Positions 9,501 to 19,505 of a stretch of DNA of 64,000 bases are shown here, one piece after another. A model generated the notes under the pieces. It was not told the origin of the DNA. It made no database searches and saw only the letters and a list, made by a program, of their open reading frames with translations. Origin of the DNA: a virus; IMG/VR virus record IMGVR_UViG_3300042013_000045, positions 1 to 64,000 of that record. One strand, written 5' to 3'. The position numbers and the translations under genes were made by a program. Numbering within the stretch: the first letter of the stretch is position 1; each line of letters begins with the position of its first letter.

Positions 9501-11035
9501 GTTTCTGCAAACACCAGATCCTCATCGGTGATGACCATGGCTTCTTCCAGTGTCTCGGAATCGTCCCATGGGTTCTTGATGTGCTTGTACGATTGCGCCA
9601 GACGTTGCATCCGACGGTACTCGCCCGCAGTGACCAAGTTCTTGTCCACCAACTCTTCCAGCTTGGAGTCAATCGAACTGGTCAGCGTTTGTTCAATGTT
9701 ACGGTTACCGACGGCCTGAGGGATTTCCTCAGTGACGGTGTTGGCTGTCTCAATGATCAGCTCGCCGTCTTCGTCGGTCATGATGGCCTTTTCTTCCTTG
9801 GCAGCCATCTTGTCCAGATCTTCCGACAGGGTCTCTTCTTCATCAACCAGCAGACCATGGACGTCGGTGTTCTTGAGGATCTGAATGTCGGTCTCTTGCT
9901 CTTCGACTTGTTCAGACTCAGCCTTCTCGAGTTCGTCGGCTTCCTCCTCTTCACTGTTGATCTTGACGCCGTTGTCCAGCACAGGGTTAGTGGCTTGGAT
10001 CAGCTTGATCATCAGACCGAGGAAACGCACCTGCATGATCTTAGGATCAAGACCTACCGACGCAGCGGCTTCCAGAGACACGTCATCATGACCGAGGTAC
10101 TCATTGGTGCCGTCAGTGAAGTTAATGTCCATGCCAGTGTCAGAGACGTGGTTAACCTTACCTTCTTTGGTCACCCACGCACCGTCTGCATCCAACGAAG
10201 TGAAAGACACCACTAGGTCAGGTTGAACAACGGTAGCCTGACCGACGTCTTCCAACGATACAGTCTTGTCTCGGCGCCACGAGTTCAGCTTACCGAGGTT
10301 GATTACAATCCAACCAGTGTCTTTGCGCAGGATCAAGTTCGTGGTGGCAAACTTCTCAGGGTTCAGACGACCCATCGGAGTGCTTTCACGATTGCTGCCC
10401 AACCACGTGAACACGTCAAGCAGATCCAGACGCTCACGGGAGTTGAACATCTTGGCCAGTTCAGGGGTCATGCGCTTTTCAGCACGACGCATGTCAGCCA
10501 GACTCGGCAGCACCTTCGGCACGTCCAACACGATGAAGTGATGCCGTTCGTTCAAGGTGTTCAGCGAGTTTATCTTGTCCCACTCGGTGTTACGGATGTT
10601 CTTCCAATACCAGTAACGCGACAGAGCCGAACGCATGTACTTGTACATCAGACCCAAGAACGAGTAGTTGACCACGACCATGTTCAACACTTCGCGGGTT
10701 GCCATCTCGTAATCGTTCATCGGACGGATTTGCATGTTCTGACGACGATACTGTTGTTGCATCGGACCAGGCAAGACATACGTCGACCGCGGGTTGCCTT
10801 CCATCGTGGACAACTTGGTGACGTGATCAATGTAGACCAGTCGCTGAGCAGACATGATGAAAGGGTTTTCGCGGGTAGGGCCCAGTTCGGTTTCACTTTC
10901 TGGAAGGTAGTGCAGGACACTACCTCGTGGCAGCGCCAGTCGCTCGATCCTTCGGATCTTTGGGGTCAGAAGATGTTCAGGTCGAAAGAGACCGAACAGT
11001 CTAATGTACCGTTCGTACGGGAGCATTACTGCCAT
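6584..11035 (-). CDS. virion RNA polymerase beta subunit, N-terminal part (phiKZ gp178-like)
   Basis: 1483 aa. Beta-subunit-like motifs DRDDPKRVNF, TLEDS and GVGDK...NQMKTV. Adjacent to the beta-prime piece. Confidence 0.9.
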   Translation of the reverse strand: MAVMLPYERYIRLFGLFRPEHLLTPKIRRIERLALPRGSVLHYLPESETELGPTRENPFIMSAQRLVYIDHVTKLSTMEGNPRSTYVLPGPMQQQYRRQNMQIRPMNDYEMATREVLNMVVVNYSFLGLMYKYMRSALSRYWYWKNIRNTEWDKINSLNTLNERHHFIVLDVPKVLPSLADMRRAEKRMTPELAKMFNSRERLDLLDVFTWLGSNRESTPMGRLNPEKFATTNLILRKDTGWIVINLGKLNSWRRDKTVSLEDVGQATVVQPDLVVSFTSLDADGAWVTKEGKVNHVSDTGMDINFTDGTNEYLGHDDVSLEAAASVGLDPKIMQVRFLGLMIKLIQATNPVLDNGVKINSEEEEADELEKAESEQVEEQETDIQILKNTDVHGLLVDEEETLSEDLDKMAAKEEKAIMTDEDGELIIETANTVTEEIPQAVGNRNIEQTLTSSIDSKLEELVDKNLVTAGEYRRMQRLAQSYKHIKNPWDDSETLEEAMVITDEDLVFAETTAYPDTDAVKDKSMLHSTVEMMDSQYIEKVMKKDILNCVLSVQKAGIAVTGYTVRVVEDAVSNYEIHTIQFTPVTGKPSTVQIRVPVVDKRGVYVSNGQRYRLRAQKADVPIRKINHSRVALSSYYSKIFVDRSMRSVFNYDGWISRIIVEQGQDKDNTTVTDIRLANVADYSVDLPRIYTVLASRLMAFTCSGNQFWFDYKNRAKSKLFTQDEIDAVEAKYKGMTVVGRNGKQFVVLDKNDVFYHVNSVSDDLKTLGQIEDILGLSKEKAPVSVAEVSIFGKTIPIGAVLGYLIGFNSLLELTKAKYRVVGLGDRLTMSDDEYALKFLDETLVFDKTDLRNSLVFGGFLQYHKQLRQFSRHSFNEKDVYFNVLDANNIGLRYLRELDLMNAMFVDPITKGVLEWMKEPTEYIPLLLRATEMLITRYVPAKLDDASFDGLERAKGYERIPGAVYSELVKSIRVYNSRTASNNNSVSMKPHEVWTNIVQDPAAALVDDINPIQNLKQKEIITYGGRGGRSSRSMTAEARLYKESDLGFISESTVDSGDVAVITYMTPNANLTSVRGTVRTFVPGEDGASSMVSTAALISPCSDRDDPKRVNFIGIQQSHVIATQGYRESPLSTGYDSVIAHRVDDIFAQSAEQGGEVVEASAEHLVIQYDDGSFEHIDLTTQYGISNGAVYPQEQATTFKLGDKVAKGDIIKYNKGFFKPSRFHPRQVMWKAGVIAKTALMEASYTLEDSSAIDDWLSSQLTASVTKVKTIVARADQQIYNLVKVGDTTDIQSILCTIVDAVAADSGLFNDDDLETLAGMGNHTPRAGAVGKVTKIEVFYHGDPDDMSETLTAIVQAGDRDRRKKSKRLAKANITGQVDQSLRIDGNGLDLDHVAIKVYITYQEGMGVGDKAVFCNQMKTVIGHRLSGINETEDGTPLNAIFGAKSVIDRIVLSAIILGMTISVLTAIGEKAAEMWMSNDRT

Positions 11036-12662
11036 GATTAAACCGTCCTGTTAAATTGGTTAGTACATAAGCGATGGTGTCGTAGTCGAACGAAGCCATC
11101 AGCTTACCGTCAGAGGTGAGCCAAGTCTGGGCAGAGCTCAGTTGACGTTCGTTCTCAGCGATCGCTTCATTGGACATGACGAAGGTTGCAGAACCAGTGT
11201 CACCGTCGAAGTCAGCTGTCAGCTGTGCAAGTTTGGTACTGTGTGGCGACTGGGTGTCCATATAGGACGTCGAGCCTTCCAACGGGAACTCAAGGGCGAC
11301 GTGTTCGTCATCCTCGTATGGTTGCCAGTTCTCGTCGAGCTCAACCCGCTTCTCGCCTACGATCGTGGTCTTGGTGTAGACACGGCTCGGGTAAATCGAA
11401 CCCACGCCGGTAATCGGGTAACGACAGATCTGAACGAAGTACTTGTTCCAGCGGCTATAGCCGCACAGGTACAACATCTCCACCAGCGTCATTGGCTTGA
11501 CCAAGTTACGGTCGTAGCCTTTAGGTAGTTGGTCGATGTCGTAGAAGATCTTGAACGTGCCGTCAGTGCCTTTGTAGATCAGGCCGAGGTAGTAACCCTC
11601 GATCTCCACTGGGCGATTACGGTTGTCCACCAACTGGTACGCATCAATGACGGAGTTCAAGCCGTCTTTGGTTGTCCACTGGTCACGAGTCTCGGGTTTC
11701 AGAGAGACCCACTCAGGACGCAGGGTTTGTTTGTTGATCAGTTGAGCCTGACCTTCACCGGAGTCGAAGATCTTGCCGAACGTACGGCGCAGTTGGTGGA
11801 TGGTAATCGGGGTAAGTCCCTTGATCACCTGGAAGAGCCCCAGAGACGTCGCATCGAAACCCGGTGCGTTGGTGTCAGCAAGGTTGGCAATCGACGTGTC
11901 CATCACGGAGAGGACGTTACGGGTGCCATAGACGACACGACGCGAAGCCCACTTGTCCAAGATGAAGCCGTTCTTACCCGAGAGCATCCCTTCGATGAGC
12001 TCGTAGATCTCCATCAGCGTGTTGGTCAACGCATTCCGCGCAATGTCCAACGCCGGCGATTCCATGTTACTGGAAATAGGGATCGTGTTACTGATCGAGA
12101 GTGCACGGTAATAAAGGTCGTGGATCTCGTTCTTGCTGACCGTACCGTTCTCGTTGATTTCAATGTCACGCAAGCCAGCCGGAATCACCGGGATGTACTG
12201 AGTGGTAGCCGTGGCGCGATAGCGGTTGATCAACTCAACGCGCAGCATCCGAGTAGGCGACTTACTCTTGCGCAACTCCAAGGTCAGGAAGTGCTCCATG
12301 AAGAAGCTGTAACCGGTACGAGCGTTCTCGCTTTTGTCCGCCACGAAGTCTTTCAAGGCAGGGTCAAAGATCGCTGTCTCACGCCCGCTGAGTACACCCT
12401 TATAGATGCTCTTCAACGAGATCAAGTCTCGGTAGATCTTCGGGTGCAGGATGTGCACTTTCAGGTCGATGTACGAAAACGTGTTGTCCCGCGAATCAGA
12501 ACCTACCCGCCCAAAGATCTCCGTGGAGTACAAACCGTCAGGGTGGAAATCACTACTGGCACCGTCGTAGATGTCCAGACTGGTCACGGGACGAGCCGTC
12601 CTCAGTCTTTCTTTCGTGAGTACCATGGGCCAGATCTTGGCGGGCACCTCTGCGTATTTCAT
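11001..12662 (-). CDS. virion RNA polymerase beta-prime subunit with catalytic motif (phiKZ gp180-like)
   Basis: DGLYSTEIFG, IPVIPAGLR and the catalytic ADFDGD motif. Confidence 0.92.
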   Translation of the reverse strand: MKYAEVPAKIWPMVLTKERLRTARPVTSLDIYDGASSDFHPDGLYSTEIFGRVGSDSRDNTFSYIDLKVHILHPKIYRDLISLKSIYKGVLSGRETAIFDPALKDFVADKSENARTGYSFFMEHFLTLELRKSKSPTRMLRVELINRYRATATTQYIPVIPAGLRDIEINENGTVSKNEIHDLYYRALSISNTIPISSNMESPALDIARNALTNTLMEIYELIEGMLSGKNGFILDKWASRRVVYGTRNVLSVMDTSIANLADTNAPGFDATSLGLFQVIKGLTPITIHQLRRTFGKIFDSGEGQAQLINKQTLRPEWVSLKPETRDQWTTKDGLNSVIDAYQLVDNRNRPVEIEGYYLGLIYKGTDGTFKIFYDIDQLPKGYDRNLVKPMTLVEMLYLCGYSRWNKYFVQICRYPITGVGSIYPSRVYTKTTIVGEKRVELDENWQPYEDDEHVALEFPLEGSTSYMDTQSPHSTKLAQLTADFDGDTGSATFVMSNEAIAENERQLSSAQTWLTSDGKLMASFDYDTIAYVLTNLTGRFNHGSNAPVRTVH

Positions 12663-12737
12663 GATCTTTCCCTTTATAGAAGGTTTTTTAAACAGTTGGT
12701 ATGAACAGCGGCTTGGATATGCAAGCCCAATGGAGAG

Positions 12738-15700
12738 ATGTCCATGGCCAAGAAAGACAAGGTTGACACAGGTAATATCGATCTTGACGACTTTGACTTC
12801 GACATCCCGGAGTTTGATTCCCCGGATGTCGACACAACCTCAAGAAAGCCTATTACACGCGCCCTGAAGGGTGCAATCCGTGGTGTCAAAGAGAATATCA
12901 AAGACCCATCGACGCTTCGTCGGTTCGTCTCGATGGCTATGCCAGAAGGTTATGGCCTCGCAGCCGATACCCTCGATAGCGCACTAACTGACACTAAAGA
13001 ACTATACGATAAGATCACAGGAGACTCTCCGGAACTTATCCGCAACAGTAAATCCTTCGGTCGCAAGGTTTCTAACAAGCTGGGTAAGGTTATTCCTGAC
13101 AAGCTGAAGAAGAAGCTAGACGCGGCTATGGAGGAAGATCCGTACGCTGCACCGGTGAAATCCGATAAGCAGTTGCGTGAAGAAAAAGAGAATGGTGACA
13201 TTGCTGCCCTCGCCGACTTGATGAAGTCGAAGGCTGCTGTGGATGAAGTCCGCAGTAAGAATGAGGAAGCCAGCAAGCTTGAGGAGAAAGGCCTCGAGAA
13301 CGCACGTCACCAATCCTCCACCAAGTTTCTGAGTTCCATCAACCGCGGGATTGCCCGTCTGGTTGGGTATCAGGACTCGATCAACCTCAAGTTCCAACAG
13401 AAATCTCTTGAGCTGCAATATCGTCAGTACTCGACGACTAAACAGCTGACTGACTTGATGGCCATCGCCACCGAGAAACAGTACAAGATCCTTGAGGAGA
13501 TCAAACACAACACTGCGCTGCCTGAACAGATCAAGTACAAGAACAGCAAAGAGTTGCTGGGGACATTGGCGAAGCAGCGACTGCTTGGTGGTGCACTCAA
13601 TACGGTATCAAACTTCACGCAGAACTATCGCAAGCAAGCGATGGATAACGTGGCAGGGATGGTTCAGGGGTTTATCTCACCCCTGAAAGATGCTCAATCC
13701 ATGACCGAGGGCATGGACAAGAGTGATCTGGCTGGCTGGGCGATGGGTAAGCAGGCTAGCGATACGCTGCTCAACCATGCTGCAATGCACATCAACCCAA
13801 TCCTTGAGAAGAATGACAAGCTGAAACGTGGCAGTGAGGTGTTGAAGAACAAACTCACCGGGGTTCCACAGAAGCTCAACGAATACGCTCAATCTGAGAC
13901 TGAAGGTTCTGGCCCTAAAGCCATGTTCACTCAGATCCTCAAGACCCTGATGCCGAAGTTTGGCTTGGACGCTCGTGCCGGTGGTACGAGCGTTCTTGAA
14001 ATGGACGAGATGGCGGGCTTCGACAAGATTGCCCGACGTACTCTGATCGAGATCATTCCAGGTCACCTGGCTGAGATCGCACATTGGACCAAAGCGGCTG
14101 CCACAGGGGAAGTGGGCGAGAAACAAGTTTACAGCGTAGTGCGCAGTGGATTCACCACAGAGAGTGAAAACCTGAAAGACGCTAAGCGTCAGATCATGTC
14201 CAGCTCCGAGCGGGACTCCTTGAGGTCTTCCACGGAAGAGTTCATGAAGACCATCGGTGGTGACCAACTTTCCTCGAAAGCACAGCGCATCCTTAAACGT
14301 AAGATCTTGGACGAGGTTGCCAACGGTAAAGACCTGAAACCTGATCGTTTGGCAGACCCTGCAAACTACCCAGGGGAAGATCCCGAGGCCGTTGATGAAA
14401 TCAACTCCTTGCTGGTTGATACATTCGATCTGGATTGGGCAGGCAACATGTCCAATCAGTCTACCGAAGGTAAAGCTCAGTTTAACGAAATGCGACAGCA
14501 GTTCCTTCGGCTGGCCAGTATGGTTCCTGCTGTTGGGGACCGTATCCGTATTCTGAGCGACACCATGGGTAAAGATACCTTCCGTAAACTCGGCTACATT
14601 GAGAAGAACGGACGGGAAGACCGGATCGACCACAGCAAGATCTGGAACTCGGTGTTCGATGATGAAGAAACTACCCAGGGTGGTCCAACTCCAGCAGGAA
14701 GTAAGAAAATTATTCCGGGTCCTGGCGGTAATCCTGGTCCTGGTCCTCGTGGAGCTGGCGACGATACTCTCGCTCTTATACGTGCTGCCCTTAACGGCGA
14801 TCGAGCTGATGATGCTGCTGGTAAGAAAGGAGGAGGACGACCCCCCAAAGTAAACTTGGACAAGTACCTCGGCGCCAAGTCGCAACTGATCGGCATCTTG
14901 ATCGATAGCCACAAAGAACAGAAGGCGATCCATGAGATCCTTGCTGGGTGGCAGATCACCGGGATGGTAAACAACTGCTGCGGTGACCATCCAGTCGTAC
15001 CGTCGGCAGGTGCCAAAAGTTCCTTCTTCAAACGCTTCGGTCGTACTGGGGAGGCTGCTCGCAGTCTGTCCACTCGTATCGGTGCTGGCGTGGGTGGTTT
15101 GGCTGGCAGACTGGGTGGTGGTGCTCTGGGTCTTGGCTGGGGTGGCGCTAAGCTGGCTGGCAAGACCTACTGGGGCGCACTCAAGGGGTCTGCTAAGCTC
15201 GGCCTAGGCTCAGCGAAGCTGATGGGTCAAGCCGGTCTGATGGGCCTGAGAGGGCTCGGTGCTGGCTACAGCGGTGTGACAGGTGGGATTGGTGCAGTTG
15301 GTCGAGCAGGCAGTTGGTTAGGCGATTCCTTGCGCACTGGTCATGAACGTTTCACAGGCAAGTTCAACCCAATGATGGATTCCGCTCAGGCTAAACTGGC
15401 TTCGGTTCGTGAAGGTGCTGGCGGGATGGTCGATGATGCTAAGGCGAAGATCAAGAACCTGTACCTGAAGGGCGAGCAGAGTCCGCGGTTGTTGGCTTGG
15501 AAGTTGAAAGCTGGCATGTACCGCGACAAAGCATCCGGTAAAGTCATCGCCAAGTGGGATGACGTTAAAGGAGACGTTCTGGAAGGCAAGGACACGGTGG
15601 CTCTGAAGTACGAAGAGTTCGTCAAGTCCGGTGGTCTGGTTGACGTGAAAGGTCGTGTGGTCAAGAAGGTTGGCAGCGTTGCTGAGATGGCTAAGTTGCA

Positions 15701-18700
15701 TGCAGAGAACGCTAAGTTCAGCGCAACGACTGGTTTCAACAAGGCTAGCGGTGGTTTGAAAGGGCTGATGACCGGAATGGTATCTGGTGGGATGTCTACA
15801 CTGACCGCTCCGTACCGCATGATGGGCAAGGTCGCAATGGCCCCTATCCGTAAAGCCATGAAGTTCTTCTCTGGCGGTAAAGCTGGTGGCGACATTACCA
15901 GTCAACTGACCGGTGACCATGACAAGGACGTGATCATCCTCAACACACGTCAAGCTCAAGTCCAGTACGACATCTATACCTTGCTCAAGCGTAAGCTGGG
16001 TGGTGAAGATGAGCGTAAGGGTTCTTGGAAAGACATCTTCAAACGTCGCAAGGCAGAAGAAGAAGCCAAGAAGTCTGGCGTACAAGAAGGTAAATTCGGT
16101 GGCCCTGGTCTGTTTGGTAAGGGTGGCATGTTGGCTGGACTCTTCGGCGCGAAGAAGGGTAAGTACGACAAGACGGGTGAACCTGAAGAGAAGGAAGACG
16201 ACGACGGGTTGGGCATTGAAGATGCTGCTGACCTGTTGGGTGGTGGCGGAGATGAAGGGAAGGAAGGTAGACGCGGTCGTCGAGGCCGTGGCCGTAATGG
16301 CAAGAAGCTGGGCCGCATGGGCAAGATGTGGCAAGGTACCAAGAACTTCGGGGGCAAACTCACTGGCAAGCTCGGTAAGTTTGGCAAAATTCTCCGCGGT
16401 GGTGCCAAAGCTGCTGGCTGGCTGGGCAAGGGCGCATGGAACGTTGGTAAGGGTGCTCTGAAGGTCGGTAAGTTCGCCTTGAACAACCCATTGACTCGGT
16501 TTGCATTGAAAGGTGCAGGTCGGATTGCGTTGGGTGCTCTGGTTGGTGCAGGTAGTCTGATCAGCGCTCCTGTGATTGGGTTTGCTTTGGCTGCATGGAC
16601 GGCGTACGAGATCGGTTCGTGGCTGTGGAGTCGTTACAAAGACAAGTTCCCACCACTGACGCGTCTGCGGTTTGCTCAATACGGTCTGAGTCCTCGTAAG
16701 GACACGAAGAACTTGGACAAAGCGTTTGCCCTCGAGAAACTGTTCGCGAAGAACGCTCGAGTAGAAGAAAGCGGTGCAGTGTCCATCAACATGAGAGCAA
16801 TCCCGGCTGAAGAGTTTGGGGCAGTGTTGGGGTTCAAGATCGATCCTGAAGATGAAGAGTCGGTAGAGAAACTGAAGAAGGCGATGATCTGGATCAATGG
16901 TCGTTTCAAGACCACGTTCTCGGCTCACGTTGCTCAGATGTTCAAGCTGACCAAGTCCATGGAACTCGATGCCGTTGACCAGAAGGTGGTGGGTCAACAA
17001 GCCGTAGACTTCCTCGACGCAACTCGACTGGCCGATGCTGCTGACCAGTTCGACGTAATGACTTCTCCATTCGAAGATGACCTGACCGAAGATTCGGGCG
17101 ACGTGAAAGATTGGTTTAAGTCTGCACGTAGCGACGCAGTTGATGCGGCTAAGGAAGACAACGAGAAAGAGAAGAGCAAGCTTGCTCAAGATGCGACCGC
17201 GATTGCCGCAATGGCTCCGGGTAAAGAGAAAGACGCTGCAATGTCGGACTTGGCTAAGCGTCAAGAGAAGGCTGGTGATGTGGCCGGTATGACCAGGACG
17301 ATGATGGCTGGTACTGCGGGTGCTGCTGCGATCGCAATGGCTGCAAATGCCGATGGGAAGTTCACACCGACCATTGGACTGGAGCAGGCTGTGGCTGGCG
17401 GGGCGAAAGTAATCTCGTCCGCGAGTATGTCCTCTGATCCATCGCACAAGCGTTTGGATTACGGTAACCCTGTGCGTTACAAAACGTACGGCTTGACCGA
17501 ACTGGCAGAAAGCAAAGTTGTTCAGTTGGCGCAATTGGAAAGCGAGTCCTTCCCTCAGGTGAAGTACGATGCTCAGAAGCGGGCCATGATCAATGACGAA
17601 CAAGCCCTGTTCAAGAAGTTCGTGGAGATCTTCGGTCTGGCAGGTAAGAATCAGGACGATGGATACGTCTGGTTCTACCGTCGTTACTTGGTGGCGTTCC
17701 TGAAGTACTGCACAGCGGTACGTGCGCGGGCATCCATTGACGCAGCAGAAGCGGTTACCCGTTTGAGTAACGATGATTTGCTGGGTGCTTTGAAGGAGAT
17801 GGTGGCGGCTACAACCGAAGATGGACAATCGGTCTGGGACGTCAAAGAGTCGCCGTGGGAAGGTTACTGGTTGAACAACGACCGCACCTCGGTGGATTCC
17901 AACCTCACGGGTTTGGCACAGCGTGCTGCTCCAACCGTTCTGTCTGAAGCTGGGTTCACGAAAGCGGCTCAGGTCAAAGGCAAGGATGGTAAGGTCATTG
18001 AGACCGATCCAACGCAAACTAATCGTCCTGCGGGGACAACTGGCACCACGGGCGTAATGGCTCCAGTGGCAGGTAACACCCCTGCGGATGGTGGTGGTTT
18101 TGGTGGGTGGCTGTCGGGTCTCTTCGGCGGCAGTAAAGCTCCCCAACAAGGTAGTGTGAATAACGCTACTGGTAAACCGTCGACACCTGTCGGGATCTTC
18201 CCAACGGGTGGTGGTCCTGCTTCTGGTAACAGTGGCAGTGCGTTGGGCGGTGCAGGTGGCGCTTACACAGGTTCTCCTAACGGTGCTACATCGATCGACA
18301 ATGCTGGGTCAGTCAACCACATGGGTGGCGGTGGTGGCGGTGACATTAACGCTATCCCTACGCCGAATGGAGATGGGTGGGAGGCTAACAAAGCAACCAT
18401 TCTGGCTGCTGCGAAGATGGTGGGGGTCGATCCTGAATTGGCATCCTCTATTGCAGGTGTAGAGTCCAACTACATTCCAACGGCACGTCCGTATTCGAAG
18501 AAGCTGGGTAAATACCTGTCTTCGGCTGCGGGCTACTATCAGGTCATTAAGGGGACATGGAAGAGCTTGATGGAACGGTACGGTGACAAGTACGGTATCA
18601 ACAAGAATGCCACCGCAATGGACCCACGGGCTAACGCCTTACTGGGGCTGTCGTACATCAAGGAGAACTACGACATCCTGAAAGCGAAGATCGGCCGTAA

Positions 18701-19463
18701 GGTCACGGACACTGACGTATACCTGGCTCACTTCTTGGGGTCTGGCGGGGCTAAGCGGTTCCTCGTTGCACCACCGGGTGATCCGGCGATCAACCACGTC
18801 AGCGCTGAACAAGCAGCGGCTAACCCTACGATCTTCTATGGTCCTAACGGTCGGCCTAACACTGTTGCTGAAGTCTACAACAGTTTCAGTAACAAGCTTC
18901 AGAAGCACCGTAAACCGAACGCTGCGCAAGAGATGGCTTCCATCCCTGGCTTGGGTAAAACTTCCACTCCAGCGGCTGAAGGTGCCTCGGGTTCCGCCAC
19001 TCCAGAAGCAGGTGGTGGCAGTTTCGATCCGGCTAACACACCGGCTCCGAAGTCCTCGCCTCCGTCCATGGCACAACCAGCTGGCTCTAACATCAGTCCT
19101 CCCACCAGCGTGTCTGAACCAACTCCGAGTCCTGCTGCTGAAGCAGGTAGTACGACGCGGGTGTCTCAGGCAGCCCAGAACATCGGCCGTCAGGCTGAGC
19201 TGGCTAACGTCCAATCCTCGAGTAACGCAGAAGCAATGTCCAACAACTTCGGTGGTGTGGAAGGCGTACTGCGTGAATCGTTGCAAGTGGCGAAAGACTC
19301 TGACGCTAAACTGGCAGAGTTGGTGGAACTGGTTAACAAGCTGGCAGGCAATGCAGGCCCTGGTGCCAATGCAGAGCCGACTTCTCCAACCCGTCAAACG
19401 ACCGCTAGCACTGCGCCCCGCGCCGCTCCTAGCGGTGTCGTCAAAGTGTCTAAGACGACGTGA
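12738..19463 (+). CDS. giant tail protein / tape measure with C-terminal lytic transglycosylase (phiKZ gp181-like)
   Basis: 2241 aa, helical and Gly/Lys-rich. SLT motifs GVES, SAAGYYQ and YLAHFLG near the C-terminus. Confidence 0.85.
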   Translation: MSMAKKDKVDTGNIDLDDFDFDIPEFDSPDVDTTSRKPITRALKGAIRGVKENIKDPSTLRRFVSMAMPEGYGLAADTLDSALTDTKELYDKITGDSPELIRNSKSFGRKVSNKLGKVIPDKLKKKLDAAMEEDPYAAPVKSDKQLREEKENGDIAALADLMKSKAAVDEVRSKNEEASKLEEKGLENARHQSSTKFLSSINRGIARLVGYQDSINLKFQQKSLELQYRQYSTTKQLTDLMAIATEKQYKILEEIKHNTALPEQIKYKNSKELLGTLAKQRLLGGALNTVSNFTQNYRKQAMDNVAGMVQGFISPLKDAQSMTEGMDKSDLAGWAMGKQASDTLLNHAAMHINPILEKNDKLKRGSEVLKNKLTGVPQKLNEYAQSETEGSGPKAMFTQILKTLMPKFGLDARAGGTSVLEMDEMAGFDKIARRTLIEIIPGHLAEIAHWTKAAATGEVGEKQVYSVVRSGFTTESENLKDAKRQIMSSSERDSLRSSTEEFMKTIGGDQLSSKAQRILKRKILDEVANGKDLKPDRLADPANYPGEDPEAVDEINSLLVDTFDLDWAGNMSNQSTEGKAQFNEMRQQFLRLASMVPAVGDRIRILSDTMGKDTFRKLGYIEKNGREDRIDHSKIWNSVFDDEETTQGGPTPAGSKKIIPGPGGNPGPGPRGAGDDTLALIRAALNGDRADDAAGKKGGGRPPKVNLDKYLGAKSQLIGILIDSHKEQKAIHEILAGWQITGMVNNCCGDHPVVPSAGAKSSFFKRFGRTGEAARSLSTRIGAGVGGLAGRLGGGALGLGWGGAKLAGKTYWGALKGSAKLGLGSAKLMGQAGLMGLRGLGAGYSGVTGGIGAVGRAGSWLGDSLRTGHERFTGKFNPMMDSAQAKLASVREGAGGMVDDAKAKIKNLYLKGEQSPRLLAWKLKAGMYRDKASGKVIAKWDDVKGDVLEGKDTVALKYEEFVKSGGLVDVKGRVVKKVGSVAEMAKLHAENAKFSATTGFNKASGGLKGLMTGMVSGGMSTLTAPYRMMGKVAMAPIRKAMKFFSGGKAGGDITSQLTGDHDKDVIILNTRQAQVQYDIYTLLKRKLGGEDERKGSWKDIFKRRKAEEEAKKSGVQEGKFGGPGLFGKGGMLAGLFGAKKGKYDKTGEPEEKEDDDGLGIEDAADLLGGGGDEGKEGRRGRRGRGRNGKKLGRMGKMWQGTKNFGGKLTGKLGKFGKILRGGAKAAGWLGKGAWNVGKGALKVGKFALNNPLTRFALKGAGRIALGALVGAGSLISAPVIGFALAAWTAYEIGSWLWSRYKDKFPPLTRLRFAQYGLSPRKDTKNLDKAFALEKLFAKNARVEESGAVSINMRAIPAEEFGAVLGFKIDPEDEESVEKLKKAMIWINGRFKTTFSAHVAQMFKLTKSMELDAVDQKVVGQQAVDFLDATRLADAADQFDVMTSPFEDDLTEDSGDVKDWFKSARSDAVDAAKEDNEKEKSKLAQDATAIAAMAPGKEKDAAMSDLAKRQEKAGDVAGMTRTMMAGTAGAAAIAMAANADGKFTPTIGLEQAVAGGAKVISSASMSSDPSHKRLDYGNPVRYKTYGLTELAESKVVQLAQLESESFPQVKYDAQKRAMINDEQALFKKFVEIFGLAGKNQDDGYVWFYRRYLVAFLKYCTAVRARASIDAAEAVTRLSNDDLLGALKEMVAATTEDGQSVWDVKESPWEGYWLNNDRTSVDSNLTGLAQRAAPTVLSEAGFTKAAQVKGKDGKVIETDPTQTNRPAGTTGTTGVMAPVAGNTPADGGGFGGWLSGLFGGSKAPQQGSVNNATGKPSTPVGIFPTGGGPASGNSGSALGGAGGAYTGSPNGATSIDNAGSVNHMGGGGGGDINAIPTPNGDGWEANKATILAAAKMVGVDPELASSIAGVESNYIPTARPYSKKLGKYLSSAAGYYQVIKGTWKSLMERYGDKYGINKNATAMDPRANALLGLSYIKENYDILKAKIGRKVTDTDVYLAHFLGSGGAKRFLVAPPGDPAINHVSAEQAAANPTIFYGPNGRPNTVAEVYNSFSNKLQKHRKPNAAQEMASIPGLGKTSTPAAEGASGSATPEAGGGSFDPANTPAPKSSPPSMAQPAGSNISPPTSVSEPTPSPAAEAGSTTRVSQAAQNIGRQAELANVQSSSNAEAMSNNFGGVEGVLRESLQVAKDSDAKLAELVELVNKLAGNAGPGANAEPTSPTRQTTASTAPRAAPSGVVKVSKTT

Positions 19464-19469
19464 TGGTCC

Positions 19470-19500
19470 GAGTGAGGGGGAAACCCCTCACTCTCTTTTT
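19470..19500 (+). terminator. intrinsic terminator
   Basis: GAGTGAGGGG-GAAA-CCCCTCACTC followed by a T tract. Confidence 0.75.
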
Positions 19501-19505
19501 ACAGG

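Noticed and set aside
7352-10216. 954-aa plus-strand ORF
   Set aside because: Antisense shadow of the RNAP beta gene. Codon bias removes stops on the opposite strand, and it has no motifs.
11001-11035. Possible intron or homing endonuclease at the RNAP gene junction
   Set aside because: The two genes overlap directly and both frames are continuous. I saw no HNH gene or intein motif.
15318-18149. 943-aa minus-strand ORF
   Set aside because: Antisense shadow of the gp181-like gene.
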